A stretch of DNA of 64,000 nucleotides from Stylophora pistillata. Its lineage: Eukaryota. Location of the stretch: contig NW_019218211.1 in assembly GCF_002571385.2 (NCBI RefSeq), forward strand, positions 159,654 through 223,653. Direction: 5' to 3'. Position numbers and translations under genes: made by a program. A model generated the notes under the pieces. It was not told the origin of the DNA. It was given only the letters and a program-made list of their open reading frames with translations, and ran no database searches. Below, one piece after another: positions 25,901 to 38,245 of the stretch; the stretch's first letter is position 1; every line of letters begins with the position of its first letter.

Positions 25901-27002
25901 AAACAAGTGTGAATATGGCCTAGATTTCAGCATGGCACATGCCTAAAATTATTCAGACAGATGTGTGTCTGCTTATTCATTGTTTCTGATGGATAGTCCA
26001 ATGAGTTTTTTATTTTATTCATTGTTAACTTCATTTCTATGCATCTCCAAAGTGTTTTACTTTCTAATTTAAAATTAATCTAACTTTTTTGCATTTGGAT
26101 ATTTTTTGGAAAAAGTATTGAGATACCAGCCAATGAGACCATGTGCAAACCATTTGTCTAAGCTTGTAAAATGGAAAAAAGGCACAGCTATGAGTAATTC
26201 AATTGCTGAATTCTCATATTAAGAAAAAGCAAGTGGAAATCCAGAAATTATGTGCTCAAGACAACAGTAAATTATTTACTGGTAATTTCCTGAGTTGAAA
26301 GATGAGGAAAGAAAAGTCTTAAGCACTCTAAACAACTAAAGGTGTCTAGTTTCAATGATAAGGTTGAGATCGGACGTCAGCACTATCAGGCACCTCTGGC
26401 AGCTGCTTCAGTCCATGTAACAATCTCACCTTCCCGCCCATCCCACCCCAGGGGAGGACATTCACCACACAGTAATTTCATGCGTGGGAAATTAACATTT
26501 CCTACCCCTAACCCTACAGGAGACGGGGCCTACTTTTTTCGTCCTTATCTGAGAAGACTAGAATATCTGTCCATTTTGATATTATAGAAAGGTAGTAAAT
26601 TCTCCTCAGTTATTTTAAGACCATGAGTATTGATCAGGCTGGGGCCCGAACCCTCGACCTCCTGCACAACAATCCAGTGCTCTAACCATTTGAGCTAACC
26701 GGGATGCCAAAATATCTGCAGGTACACAATATGTGGGAGTTAAAAGGTTACAAGGATTAAGATAATTCCTTCTTATCTATCATTCAGGCAAGAAGCCATG
26801 GCGCCTGACATTTTCATTCGGCCGTGCTCTTCAAGCCAGTGCCTTAAAAGCTTGGGGTGGAAAAGCAGAGCAAGTGAAAGCTGGGCAAACAGAGTTTCTG
26901 AAGCGTGCTACAGCTAATGGAATGGCTTCTAAGGGAGAGTATACCGGAAGTGCAAGTGTGGCTGGAGGAGAAAGCTTATTTGTAGCCAACCATCAGTACT
27001 AA
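22919..27002 (+). CDS. ALDO: Fructose-bisphosphate aldolase class I; exons 22919-23618, 25418-25582, 26788-27002 (359 aa)
   Basis: [36 protein letters not shown] (Schiff-base Lys), [19 protein letters not shown] and C-terminal NHQY; 700+165+215 = 1080 nt. Confidence 0.97.
24640..25232. mobile_element. Non-autonomous repeat in aldolase intron 1 with an internal inverted pair
   Basis: attgttcaccactaaattt (~24834) vs aaatttagtggtgaactataat (~25208); short internal tandem units of gtattttc...cactat. Confidence 0.45.
26500..26702 (-). mobile_element. tRNA-derived SINE (same family as 785-839 and ~40812-40955)
   Basis: Reverse A/B-box-like head (ggttagctcaaatggttagagcac...ggttcgggccc) and a shared body. 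Confidence 0.65.
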
Positions 27003-27651
27003 CTTAACATCCCAGTTTGGTTCTTTTCAGTGGCAAGAATAAGACGTAGGCAGGATTAGAATTAGCATGACATACTAAATTCTTGCTGTAGTGTGTAAAG
27101 CAGGCAACCAAATGTTAGGCTACTTAACTTAACAAATAATTTTCTCATGGTGAATATACTCATTTCATAATTCAGTAGTGGTAGTGATTTGCTCATAGCA
27201 TGCTTCTTTCCTTAAAAGTGAACCAAGGTGAAAAAGAGGATATGATATAATGAATAAAACACAAGTGGAATACATTTTGTTGCCTTTTATTTTTCAGTGT
27301 TCCCTCAACTGATGTTAGAGTACGAGTATTCCCTGCCTTTCCACAAAGTATGTTTTGTAAGTCAAAAAAAAAAAAAGATAGTGTGTTGGTCAGAACCCAT
27401 GAAGTGAGGCCCACAAAAAAATGGTTCAAACTCTCAGGCTTCATCTGTAGTCCCTAATTTTCATGCACTTCACTCCCAGTTTTCCATGGTGCTCAAACAT
27501 CAATCTTTCTTTGCTCTCTTTTTTTTTTTTTTTACTTGGTGACAGACCACCAAAAAATGAGGGATGGCTTCTAGTCTACTGATATTTACCAAAATTACAA
27601 GTTTGACACTTTTTATTTCTCTGGTCAGTTTGTGACAGACTTTGGACTAAC

Positions 27652-30272
27652 TTAACTTGCCAAGGTTTTTCCATTAAAACCTACATGGGTTCTTGGCAAT
27701 TCATGGAAGAAGATGAGAAGCCTGCAAAGGAGAAAAATTATGTTCACAAGTTTTAAATTATCATGGCAGTATGCACATTTTTCTGCCCAAAGGAAGATTT
27801 GGTATGAGTGGAGTAGAGGCTTGCTGGGGGTCTGGCACTAATTATCAGCAACAGACCGCCTTGCTCAATACCTTGTACTAACCAGTGGGTGAGGAAATGT
27901 GCATGTGGAAGTGCTAAAAACGAGGCCATCTGACACGCTGATAATGCTAATGATACATCAAAGATTTTTGCTTGTGTGCATGAGGCCTAACTGCATCAAC
28001 TGGGGAATATCCAAGGACTTCACCCAAGTGATATTTCCCAATTTTCAAAACTTACATCCACCAGGATAAGTCTTTGTTTAAAATTTAATACAAGATGAGT
28101 AAGGATTTTATGATTTTTACAAAAGGGAAATATTTGTTTGTTCAAAAAGTTGTACCAGAGAACACTCAGAGGAACATATCCCACAAACAGTTTGTAGACA
28201 TTTTTCATGTGCATTGGAAAATATATCAAAGATAATAAACACAATAGTGTTTAATAAAATTTTTCCATGTGAAGGGAATGTGATAACAAAAGATCTACTG
28301 GCTAGAACAATATCTTGGTGTTTGTGTTCTAAACCTTTATACATTGCTTAACCATCTGTTGCAAAAGAACATGAAATTGCCCAAGTTTGTGTGGTCTGAG
28401 AATGGAAAGCCTAACAGCAAATTATATAAGTTTTCATTCACATCTACTTGAGTCCCAATGAGTTCTATGATGTAATGTTACTTTAAATGAAAAAGGTAAA
28501 GTCTGTTTACAAGCCAAGTGGCCCATCAGATTGTCACTTAACTACAGTTAAATGAAGCGACTGGGAGTATTTCTACTTCCCCTGGGATGGGATGATAGTC
28601 CATTGCAGGGTTATCCCCCAGCATTAAATTTGCCAGTACCCATTTAAAAACCTGGGTGAAGTAAAGTCAGAGTAAAGTGTCTTGCCTAAGAGCACAACAC
28701 AAAGTTCCTAGCTAGGGCTCAAACGCAGACAATACTTAATGATAGCATAAATGTATTTGATAAGAAAATTTTACCCTTACTCTTTCTGTGCAGTTTCTAC
28801 TGACCTGCCACTTGGGATGTTGAAATGTTTCTGAAGGTGTTCAGATATTGCTTTAGCAGAGGAATTGTTTTTATCAGCTGCTAAACTTCCTGCAGAATGA
28901 ATATTAACAACTCCAGCTGGGTCGTCAGTCCCTCCAAATGTATACCTTGCACCGGCATCAACATTTACTCCAACCACCTGTACAGTAAATGTCAAGTACG
29001 GGTGAGTAAATTAGAACTTATATACATTGGAGTTGAATAAATGTCAAGCACAGGTGAGTAAATTAGGACTTATATACATTGGAGTTGAATAAATGAATCT
29101 CAGAACTCCTGGAGACAGGTGCAAAAAGTATACAATGACAAAGGTAACAAAAGCAACCAAACAGTTTATATATATGGTTTCAGGTAGTTATAAGCCAAAG
29201 CTAATAGGGAACACATTTAATAGACATACATAGGCCAGTTTTATGATGTAGCAGCAGGTCTCGTAGGGGAGAATTTGCCCATATCCTCATCAATGGGCCA
29301 TTTTTCATTGCAATTACACTGAATCAGGTCAGTTTTCAAAATGGTAGCCACACATTCATAGGTTCTGTTGAATGATTAAAGATGCCGCTTTTCACAGAGA
29401 AATTACTTATTCTTTTCCAAAATTCCACATTTGCATGGATATAATCCATAATGAATCATTAATTCCAAAAATGGTCTTTTAACCATCAAATTCTTCAATG
29501 TGTTTTAGAACCTAATATCATTCACTTTCCTGCACAATCAGCCAATCCTGTTTTCTGAAATCTGCTAGCCACTGTTCATCATGACTTATTTTCATTATTC
29601 ACTGGACAGGTACAATATCTCTTGTCTTTTGATCTCTCTTCCAGTTTTCTTGCAGTCTTTTCAGTTTTCAGTGAAGCTCAGATAGTTTTGGATGTACATA
29701 GTGAGGGACGCTTGTTGAGGGAGACTTGACCCAGTCCCCTCCCCATACCACCCATCAGAGTAAAAATGCTCACGCAAGAATGGGTCCTGGGTCAGTATTT
29801 CACATTTACGTTGCCTCGCAGACTACAGAGCCTTCCGAGTCTGTCAGTACCTTTAAATATGTCAAATTACGTTATAGCTCCTCAACACTCGAAAAAATTC
29901 ATAAAATGCAGGGAAATTTTCGTCTTGATCTTTGATCTTTAAATCGAAATATTTCTTCGTTCAGCCCGTTAACAAGTTACTTTTAGAAGTCGATCTGACG
30001 ATAATTCCTTATCTAAGTTGTCTACACCATCTAGAATATATCAGCATGCGATCAACAGATGGCAACGCATAAATAATTAGCGCTAGGGGCCTTGAAATAT
30101 CTGACAGAAATGATTTGATTCCATTAGCCTGCCACGCACAAAGAGTAATCCAAAATGTTTGAACACTCACTGAATTTGGTTTTCCGAGAAGCTTTGCAAT
30201 GAAGTCTGTGGTCTCCTTATGAAACTCAGCTGGAACATCCTTAACATTTGTTTTCAGATCAAAAAAAGGCAT
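27652..30272 (-). CDS. MIF: Macrophage migration inhibitory factor / D-dopachrome tautomerase family; exons 30171-30272, 28805-28977, 27652-27721 (114 aa)
   Basis: MPFFDLKTNV...LLGKPNSVVGVNV...FGGTDDPAGVVNIHSAG...HFNIPSGRLLIFFHELPRTHVGFNGKTLAS*; N-terminal catalytic Pro, GKP, 3-exon structure and length typical of the family. Confidence 0.9.
28495..28735 (-). mobile_element. tRNA-derived SINE (family of 51790-52090) in a MIF intron
   Basis: Reverse complement of the 51790 element body (agagtaaagtgtcttgcc...acaacac). Confidence 0.7.
28986..29095. repeat. 52-bp tandem duplication next to the MIF exon 2 acceptor
   Basis: taaatgtcaag...ggagttgaa is repeated at 28986 and 29038 with 3 mismatches. 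Confidence 0.8.
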
Positions 30273-31510
30273 CTTGAATCAAAGAAGGTACTTAGAGGCA
30301 GACTGTCTTCATTGCGTGACACTTCAAAATGAGACACCGATATCGTAAGATACGTCATATAAAATAACTTAACTGTCCTCTGGGTTCTTAACAAAAACAC
30401 TTCGCGTGATCTACACTTCCTGACATAGTTCGTCGAGATACTTCTCCAGAACAACGGTTATGACGTTCTTTCGCCCCTCTCCCCCTTCCGATATAATTGA
30501 TCTCCAACGTTTCCTTGTAATCTTGCAGACCAACATCGATGGGGGTAGAGTTAGTAGAGGGAACCCTCTATTAACTCTGATGGGGCCAGGGGAGGCAGTG
30601 AGCTAAGCGTACTAGGTAATATGTCGGTAAGACAGTTGTGTTGATAATTTTAATTCAAAATCACAGGTCCAAAGTATCATAAGTGACTGGTGTGGACAGC
30701 TGACATGACGCTACGTGATATGCCATGTGTGGAACGTGCTACAGGGCATGCGAAGGTTCGGGCATTCTCTGTGTGGCCCACCATGGTAGGAAATCATAAT
30801 GCGTGCAGGAAGTGGATTCTGCTCAAGATACGGGCTTGTCTTTTTAACTCTTTCATCGTGAAAATCGCGAATATTGCGATGGACTAGTCCACTTCAGTTT
30901 ACCTAATCAGCGAATTTAGAGTTGAGCTCGTCAGTAATTCTCTCAACTGTCCACATTACAATTCTTGTGATATTAGTTTCCTGAATTTGGTATTGGATTA
31001 ACTACTAAAATAATCCCCTGATTGATATTTTTCTTTATTCTCATCACTTGTCTGCTTGATATTATACTGATATTGTAAGGAGAAATGAGCCCCTAAAATG
31101 TTCTCATTAAGAATGAAAGTTAGACGAAAGGATGCAAACGGCCATGGACTTAGAGTGGTAGGAAGAATGAGGCAGCGTGGCAATATAAATTGCGTTGATG
31201 ATTGTAATTTTAAAAAAGCGCATCTTGGAGTTGGCACCCAGTTATATCCTTATCTGTTTAAAAGATTAACATTGTCGTAGCAGATCTTTGTTAAGTGGTT
31301 ATTAATGATCTTAAAATAAATAAAATCTGATCGCCGGGCTCTCATTATAATTCATAGCTTCAGAAGTGATTGACGTATAGGAAGCCGTGGGCTCTCAACT
31401 GTTTCTAAAGTAAAATGCCTTCCGAGCATAAATATTCAGCGTTATTTCAAACGGCCGACATTAACTTGGTGTCGCCCAGACAAAATTTGTGATCTCATTC
31501 AAGAGCCGAA

Positions 31511-32062
31511 ATGACCAATCGAAAAGACATCTATGTTAAAAAGTTGGGTTTGATTCCACTCTCCGAGGAAGGAGGTTACTTTAGCGAAACTTATCGATCT
31601 CCCGAGACGATTCCAGTTGAAGGACGCGAAGGAACAGAGAGAAGCTTATTCACAACAATTTTCTACCTGATTGCGCCTGAACTGGGAGGAAAAAACTTTT
31701 TAAATAGAAACAAGAGTGACATCACCCACTTTTTTCACGATGGATGGCCAGCTAAATACATTTATATCACACAAGAGGGCAAAGTTGAAGAGTTTATCCT
31801 GGGTAAAGACATTTTAAAAGGCCACGTTCTTCAACAAAGGGTTCCAGGTGGCTGTCTTAAGGCGGCGAAAATTTTGATCGACGAGTCTAGCGAGTATGAA
31901 AAGTTTCCCGGCGAAACACCTTTCACGTTGATCTCAGAGAAGATGTCCCCCGGATTTGATTACAGAGATCGTCACGTGCCACTTGCTTCTGAAGTGAAAT
32001 CTTTGCATGTGGATCTGTGGTCAGAGATAAAAGAGTACTGTGCACCCGACGAAAATAATTGA
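31511..32062 (+). CDS. Intronless cupin superfamily protein (Cupin_5/DUF985-like), 183 aa
   Basis: LGLIPLSEEGGYFSETYRS, TTIFYL, KSDITHFFHDG, QxxVPGG and SPGFDYRD follow the DUF985 motif order. Confidence 0.8.
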   Translation: MTNRKDIYVKKLGLIPLSEEGGYFSETYRSPETIPVEGREGTERSLFTTIFYLIAPELGGKNFLNRNKSDITHFFHDGWPAKYIYITQEGKVEEFILGKDILKGHVLQQRVPGGCLKAAKILIDESSEYEKFPGETPFTLISEKMSPGFDYRDRHVPLASEVKSLHVDLWSEIKEYCAPDENN

Positions 32063-32355
32063 TTTCTTTGATTTTGCATTAATCAACATACTTGTTATGC
32101 TGAAATCTTTTACCTCGGGTCCGGTATAACCTTAGATGACCCGAAAGCGCTCACACCCCACCTTAAGGACTCTTCACATGGCTAAAACAACCGGGATGCC
32201 TCGGTTTCCAAGTGTCCCACGATCGCCTCATTTCAGAAAATATTTGACCTGTTCAAATCGAAGAGGTGGACTGGTCTGGCAATGGTGATCTTAGTTTTTG
32301 CGTCCTTGATTTACAGTAAAGATCATTGCGGGCGAACCTGCAGAGTGAATCACGT

Positions 32356-32476
32356 GCAGCCCAAGCTCTCTTTTAGAACCACACAAGGAACACAATTTGC
32401 ATATCGATTTATAAGGAATATAAATCGATATGCAAATTGTGTTCCTTGTGTGGTTCTCAAAGAGAGCTTGGGCTGC
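32356..32476. repeat. Near-perfect hairpin: 58-bp arms, 5-nt loop, 1 mismatch (MITE-like foldback)
   Basis: gcagcccaagctctc...atatcgatttata AGGAA tataaatcgatat...gagagcttgggctgc. Confidence 0.9.
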
Positions 32477-33279
32477 CTATGGGTGAATTCACCAGTTACC
32501 GTTCGTTACCGTAATCTCAGCTTGGTAACCGAGCTTAAAATACTCATCTCGATTTCCGGGCTCCTGTAAAGAGTCATAGAAAGAACGGCCGCGAAGGAGA
32601 CCAGGAACATTTCGCCTGTCAGATCTTGATTTTAATTTTTTTACTTTTTTCTAGTATACTTTAGGAGTTCAGAGTGGCGAAGCTTGGGTTAGAACTTGAT
32701 TTTATTTTTTCCTTTTACCAAGCCTTTATGGATGGAAGAGTAACTAAATGAAAATTTGTCTTACATTATTTTCTAGCTCTAAAATAAAATTAGCCGAATC
32801 CAGTGAGGAAAGGTATATAAATTCTAGTTGTTTCGTTTAGTAAATAGGCGTTGCCTTTGATGACAGATATATTTTAATTTACACAACTCGTAATTGACAT
32901 TAATTCCTTACAATGCTTTAAAAGTATTAGCTTGTCGTGTTTTAAACCAGTTTTTTCAGAAGAATCAGTATGAGAGAGAAGTCGGTTTTTTTTTATATCT
33001 GTTCGCTTACCCGAATCTGTTAACCTGAAGTGAGAAACCTGTTTTTACGACCCGCCACAGAAGTAAGTTTCCAATCATGATTTCTTGAATTTTGCTCCGA
33101 GATTAAGACTTAATTTGTATTTTACTGATTTCCCATGATTACAAATGTAATTCTCTTAGATCGAATAATTATTAAAGCTTGGATAATATTATACGGTTTG
33201 TGGTGGTCGTCTGAGCTGACCAGTTCCGAGTAAGGAAACACTAGTTATTGTTTTTCCTTTTCCCTCACCCTTGCCTGCA

Positions 33280-33710
33280 TAACGTAATTCATCGAATAAG
33301 CACTCACGCTCTAACAGGCGCTCTCCCCTAAATGTAGGCTCAGCCCCTCCCCAGTACAGAATGTCACAAAAGCGCCCCTCTCGAATGATTGCCCCCTCCT
33401 TCTTCACTTCCTGGAATAGTAGGGATACAAGGAAAACCAGTTTCTAGATCTACACTTTATCGACAACTTTTTAGGCTTCAATTACAGCGAAGTCGGTACA
33501 GGTAAAAAATAAAGTTTCCCGAAGTTTCGTTCAAGTTATTTCTTCCCCATGTGCTTGCAGAGTTCCTTTATGTGCAATAACAGTTCTTTGAATTTTTGTC
33601 CTATTGCTGCGCTGACTTATGAGCAGCCACTTAGGTTAAGCGCCCTACTTTGAATAAGCGCCCCCTCCTTTTAGATATGTGTCTGGGCACTTATTCGAAA
33701 AATACGGTAT
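33280..33710. mobile_element. Tc1/mariner-pogo-type MITE
   Basis: Ends taacgtaattcatcgaataagc ... acttattcgaaaaatacggta, with internal aagcgccc repeats. Confidence 0.55.
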
Positions 33711-34820
33711 TCACTCAAATATATCTAATATATCGGCGCCAACAGGTGAAGCTGCCCCACCAACGATCGTTTTCGAAAAAAAAAAAAAAAACAAGGAATT
33801 TAGCAGTTACAAAATTTTGATCATCGGTCGAAGGTTATGATACTTGGGCCGTCGAACCTCCAAGCTTTGACCCTTTTACCCTCTGACCGATCAGTATGCA
33901 TATTCTCCATTCTTCTCTCTATACATTTCCTATTGTGCTGGCAATGAGAATTTTTTTAACAATCAAGAGCTTCTTTAGTTGGTGACTGTTTCCTTTATTC
34001 TCGTAATCTTAGTGTGTGATTCAGAGGTGATATTATAAGGAGAAATTTAACGTTAGCCACTCTTAGGGGTTTAAGGGTTAAAAATTACGTCAAATATGTT
34101 TAAAACCTTAATCAACTTTGAACTTGTGTCAAAGGTTGGGGGCTGGGGGCGACGCAACTTCAAGGTGGGAGCGACGCAACTTCAAGGTGGGGGCGACACA
34201 ATTATACTTCAGGGTGACTAAACTTGGAGCGATGTGCAAGGGGGGTGACGTCACCTGTTGCCCATAAAATACTATTCCATCTTCAATATCCAATGTGCAG
34301 ATGCACTCCTATTTATTTCGCAAATAGAACCTGCATCGATCACTGGATAGTCATTTATCGTAATCATGATAACAAAACTGATTCTTTCATTGCTCACTTA
34401 AATCCATCTGAAACGCTGTAATATTAAAAGAGGGCTACAAAGGGATTGTGTAAGTGACGTGTGATTACGGTGAAAATTGATACAGGAAGCGTGAATTTTA
34501 TACTAAGGTGAGCGTGGTTCGTAAATTTATGAACCAGCGTGAGGCGTGATTCGCCTCCTGAAGTATGCGTGACCCGTGAATTTTTTCTTTCATTCCGTGA
34601 AAACCCCAAGATCTTTCTGAAACCTTGCACACAAGAAGAGGGATTCAAAGTTCCCCCCTTTTATATACATGACGCGTGAATCTTTTCTAAATAATCGTGC
34701 GTGAAACGAGATAAAGGTCCCCTCTCCCCCCCGTTGCTACCCTCTAAAAGGATAATTCTTCAATCTCGGATGCAAATATAAACTTTGGTTATTAAGTGAT
34801 TAATTACTAGTTAGCACTGT

Positions 34821-36913
34821 CTAATAAGGTGGAATGTTCAGCTTGTACAGTGGATAGTTGTACCGATTTGTAATACCAACGTTGTTTTCCTTCGTTTCGT
34901 GAAGTGGAGTACTATAGCGAGCATGCAATTTCACAGGCATTTTAGCACCATAATAGGAGTTGTCTTGGAGCACGTGATGTTGAGAAAGATCCCCATTGGT
35001 CAGCCAGATGCATGTGTAATTTGAGGGGTCGCTGACTCCAAATATCTCAAATACATTAGCGGAGTAAGTAATGTTCCTATCTCTTCCCTGATTATGGGGT
35101 TCATAATAGCTTATACCACTTGCACGATGACCAGGATTGGTTCGTTGCACGAGGTGATTTCCGTAGATGACAACATTCTTCAGACCATTATGAAGACAGG
35201 GCTTGATTTTTCTGTGAGTATACAACAGAATACCTGTGTCGTCAACGTAATTACGAGCAACCAATAGATTTTTTCCATTTCGGGCCTTAATGCCACCTGA
35301 AAGATCCGCTGGCCAGCCTCTGATGTAATTACCCACCACTTCCATCATATTAAAGCCCTTGAGGTACATCACGTGGTCTCGGTGACGGCCTATGTTGGGA
35401 CTTCCGTTGAAGATATTTTTCGCCAGTCTCATCCTTTCGTCGCACTCTTCATAATAACAACTTTTAAAGAAGCCTTGATCAGCTTCCAAATTGTAGTGAG
35501 TCATAAGAAACTCTAATTTTTCTTTTCGGTCTCGCCAGTACCATACCGGCTCAACTTTGGTGGCTAACCAGCCCCCCTTACTTAAATCGAGCCCAAATAT
35601 GTTTTCTCTCACGTCTACGCCAACGGTTCTGGTGAATTTCGAAGCAACTCCATACGCATTAGAATCGCGTAAAAAGATACTTCTGTACACATTGCTGCTT
35701 CCAAGGTCCACCATTTTCAACTGCTGCCTCTTGGCATTTCTCAGAGTCGGACTTCCGGATGAAAAGAATATACAGCTTTTTATGGTAATATTACTGGTGG
35801 CTGATGGTCCATGGACTTCACCGTCAAATTTCACCCGAATTCCGTCGAAGTACACATTATTGAATAAAACCGATTTCACTGGTGAAGCATTATGAATTTT
35901 AAGAGCATATGGGGTCGAAGACGTAATAACTGCTATACCGCTTTGTGTTCCATGAAGTTCCACCGGGCCAGGGATGGCGATGTCACTGCTAATTAGGTAT
36001 TCACCTCGAGGGAAGAATACCTTGTTGTTTATGGAACTTGCAGCGTGATTAACAATGGCCTGAATGGCAGACGTGTCGTCCAAGGTTCCATCTCCACCAG
36101 CTGCAGTTAAGGATCCTCCAGGATGCTTCACGTTTGTCATTCCAGCTGGTACGTTCTCGGGTTCCGACGCCAAATAGTTTGGACGTAGTAGCAAAGAGTC
36201 TCCATCATCGACTTCGCTTCCTTTCTCTTTGATTACGTATTTCCGCTCTTCCTTGGGTCGCAAAGGTGTTTTGTGTGTCGTGCTTTCTTTATCCGATGCC
36301 TTTCTGGCTGAGCTTAGCCCCATCCTTAAGCAAAATAAATCAACATTGCATTAGGATTCTTGTGCGGGTTGAAATTCCCGTTATATTGGCGAAACTAGTC
36401 GCCACTTCTCTACTAGGATAAAGGAGCATACGGAAAGCGATAAAACTCGCTTATTTTTAAGCATTTCAACACATCTCCTTCTTGTCAGAACAAATACTCC
36501 CTTTCTGCTAACAACTCAATTGATTTAAAACTCAAAGAAGCTTTTTATATAGATAAGACCAAACCTGAACTTAACAAACAATTATAGCATTATAACACTT
36601 TTCTTGCGTTTTAGTTCACACCTTTGATGTTTGGTGTCACGTACGCGTTGTAATTAGTACCCGCTTTTGTATTACATCAACTGTAAATATTTTATTCATC
36701 TACTTGTATGTTATATAATTACTCACGTTCAGTTACTCATCGATTGAAGATAGGATAAGCATGTCGAAACATGTCTCTCAAAAAAGTTGTCTATTTCTTA
36801 CAATATTTATCATATTTGCTACTACTACGACCTTATGGACACATCATTTCTGTTGGCACCCACCAAAGCTCGAAGATCACGCTCACAAACAAAACCACTT
36901 CTGGTCCTTTCAT
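34821..36913 (-). CDS. Secreted right-handed beta-helix (pectate lyase-like) protein; exon 1 36864-36913, exon 2 34821-36324 (~517 aa)
   Basis: GDGTLDDTSAIQA...VFFPRGEYLIS (Pectate_lyase_3-type N-terminal motif), N/G-rich beta-helix repeats; the spliced N-terminus MKGPEVVLFVSVIFELW|MGLSSA is signal-peptide-like; phase-2 GT-AG intron. Confidence 0.8.
36358..36800 (+). mobile_element. Penelope-like element 3' fragment (GIY-YIG endonuclease), degenerate, inside the beta-helix gene intron
   Basis: SCAG*NSRYIGETSRHFSTRIKEH...LKLKEAFYIDKTKPELNKQL, followed by a tgaagat...gaaac 3' motif. Confidence 0.8.
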
Positions 36914-38245
36914 CGTGTCAAAATGATCGCAAAACGAACTCGTTACTTAAACTGCAAAGCGTCATTCTTGGCTTGCTTGTCACTCCACATGCAGAATTAG
37001 AACCGAAACATTCCTTGCGGTAATATATTTAGCGTTGGCATCTACAGTATCGTGTGATGTATCCGGCGTTTCCCACTGAGCTTAAGAGTGTTACACTCAC
37101 AGACAAAACGTTCTTGGATCACGCACGGTTTCTGGTAAACCATGTAGCTATAACTCAAATTCGAAGAGGTGCAGATAAAATACAAATGCATGGAAAACTC
37201 GTCTTGTGGAATCAAGTAGTCAAAAAATAAAGGGTTTAGTCACTTCCATGAGAAACTGTGGTTGCGTTGGTTGAACTGGTTCGATAAAAACAGGAAGAGA
37301 AAATTCTGGGAATTCTCTCTCCCTTTCTTCCTGTATATCTGAACCCTATAAGACGCTTACTTTTATTGCGCGGACGCTGTCACTGTCCAAATAGTGAGAT
37401 TTTTGAGACCAAAGTAGCCAATCTGAAAATATATCCTCCATCCCCTTGAAACAAATGCACAACTTCGCTTTACAATCTCCCTGCGTACGTTCTGTTATTC
37501 ACGTTTCATCTCTCATCAATGTCTTTTACACTTAGGAAATACAAGAATTTGGGGTTATCGCAGGTCATAAATCACTCAAAACATAAATTACTCACTCATT
37601 ACGTGAAAACTGTATTGAGCAAGAACACGTCACGTAAAACAGAACAAGAGTGTGATATCGCGTGACAACACGAGACAAATTATCGTCAGTGGTAACCGAG
37701 AAATCAAGAGAAAATTGTCTGAAAGAAGTAAAATAGGTTAAGTCAAACTTCAAATATTTTCATAAGTGGAGTTATAAAAGTGTTAGCAATAGGACAAAGT
37801 TGTTACTGCCAAAAGGCGAGTCTTTTCGTGGCCTCTTACAGCAGTGATTATAAACGCTCGATCGGAGGAAGAGGTTTGAACTNNNNNNNNNNNNNNNNNN
37901 NNNNNNNNNNNNNNNNNNNNNNNNNNNNNNNNNNNNNNNNNNNNNNNNNNNNNNNNNNNNNNNNNNNNNNNNNNNNNNNNNNNNNNNNNNNNNNNNNNNN
38001 NNNNNNNNNNNNNNNNNNNNNNNNNNNNNNNNNNNNNNNNNNNNNNNNNNNNNNNNNNNNNNNNNNNNNNNNNNNNNNNNNNNNNNNNNNNNNNNNNNNN
38101 NNNNNNNNNNNNNNNNNNNNNNNNNNNNNNNNNNNNNNNNNNNNNNNNNNNNNNNNNNNNNNNNNNNNNNNNNNNNNNNNNNNNNNNNNNNNNNNNNNNN
38201 NNNNNNNNNNNNNNNNNNNNNNNNNNNNNNNNNNNNNNNNNNNAG

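Noticed and set aside
28020-28244. Possible last exon of MIF (…RLILVDVSFENWEISLG)
   Set aside because: The exon at 27652-27721 has a proper acceptor and phase and gives the canonical VGFNGKT C-terminus.
31511-36323. Bacterial contamination or chimeric contig as the source of the cupin and beta-helix genes
   Set aside because: No gap separates them from MIF, they are interleaved with host-type MITEs and a Penelope fragment, and the beta-helix gene has a spliceosomal intron; read-level confirmation is still advisable.
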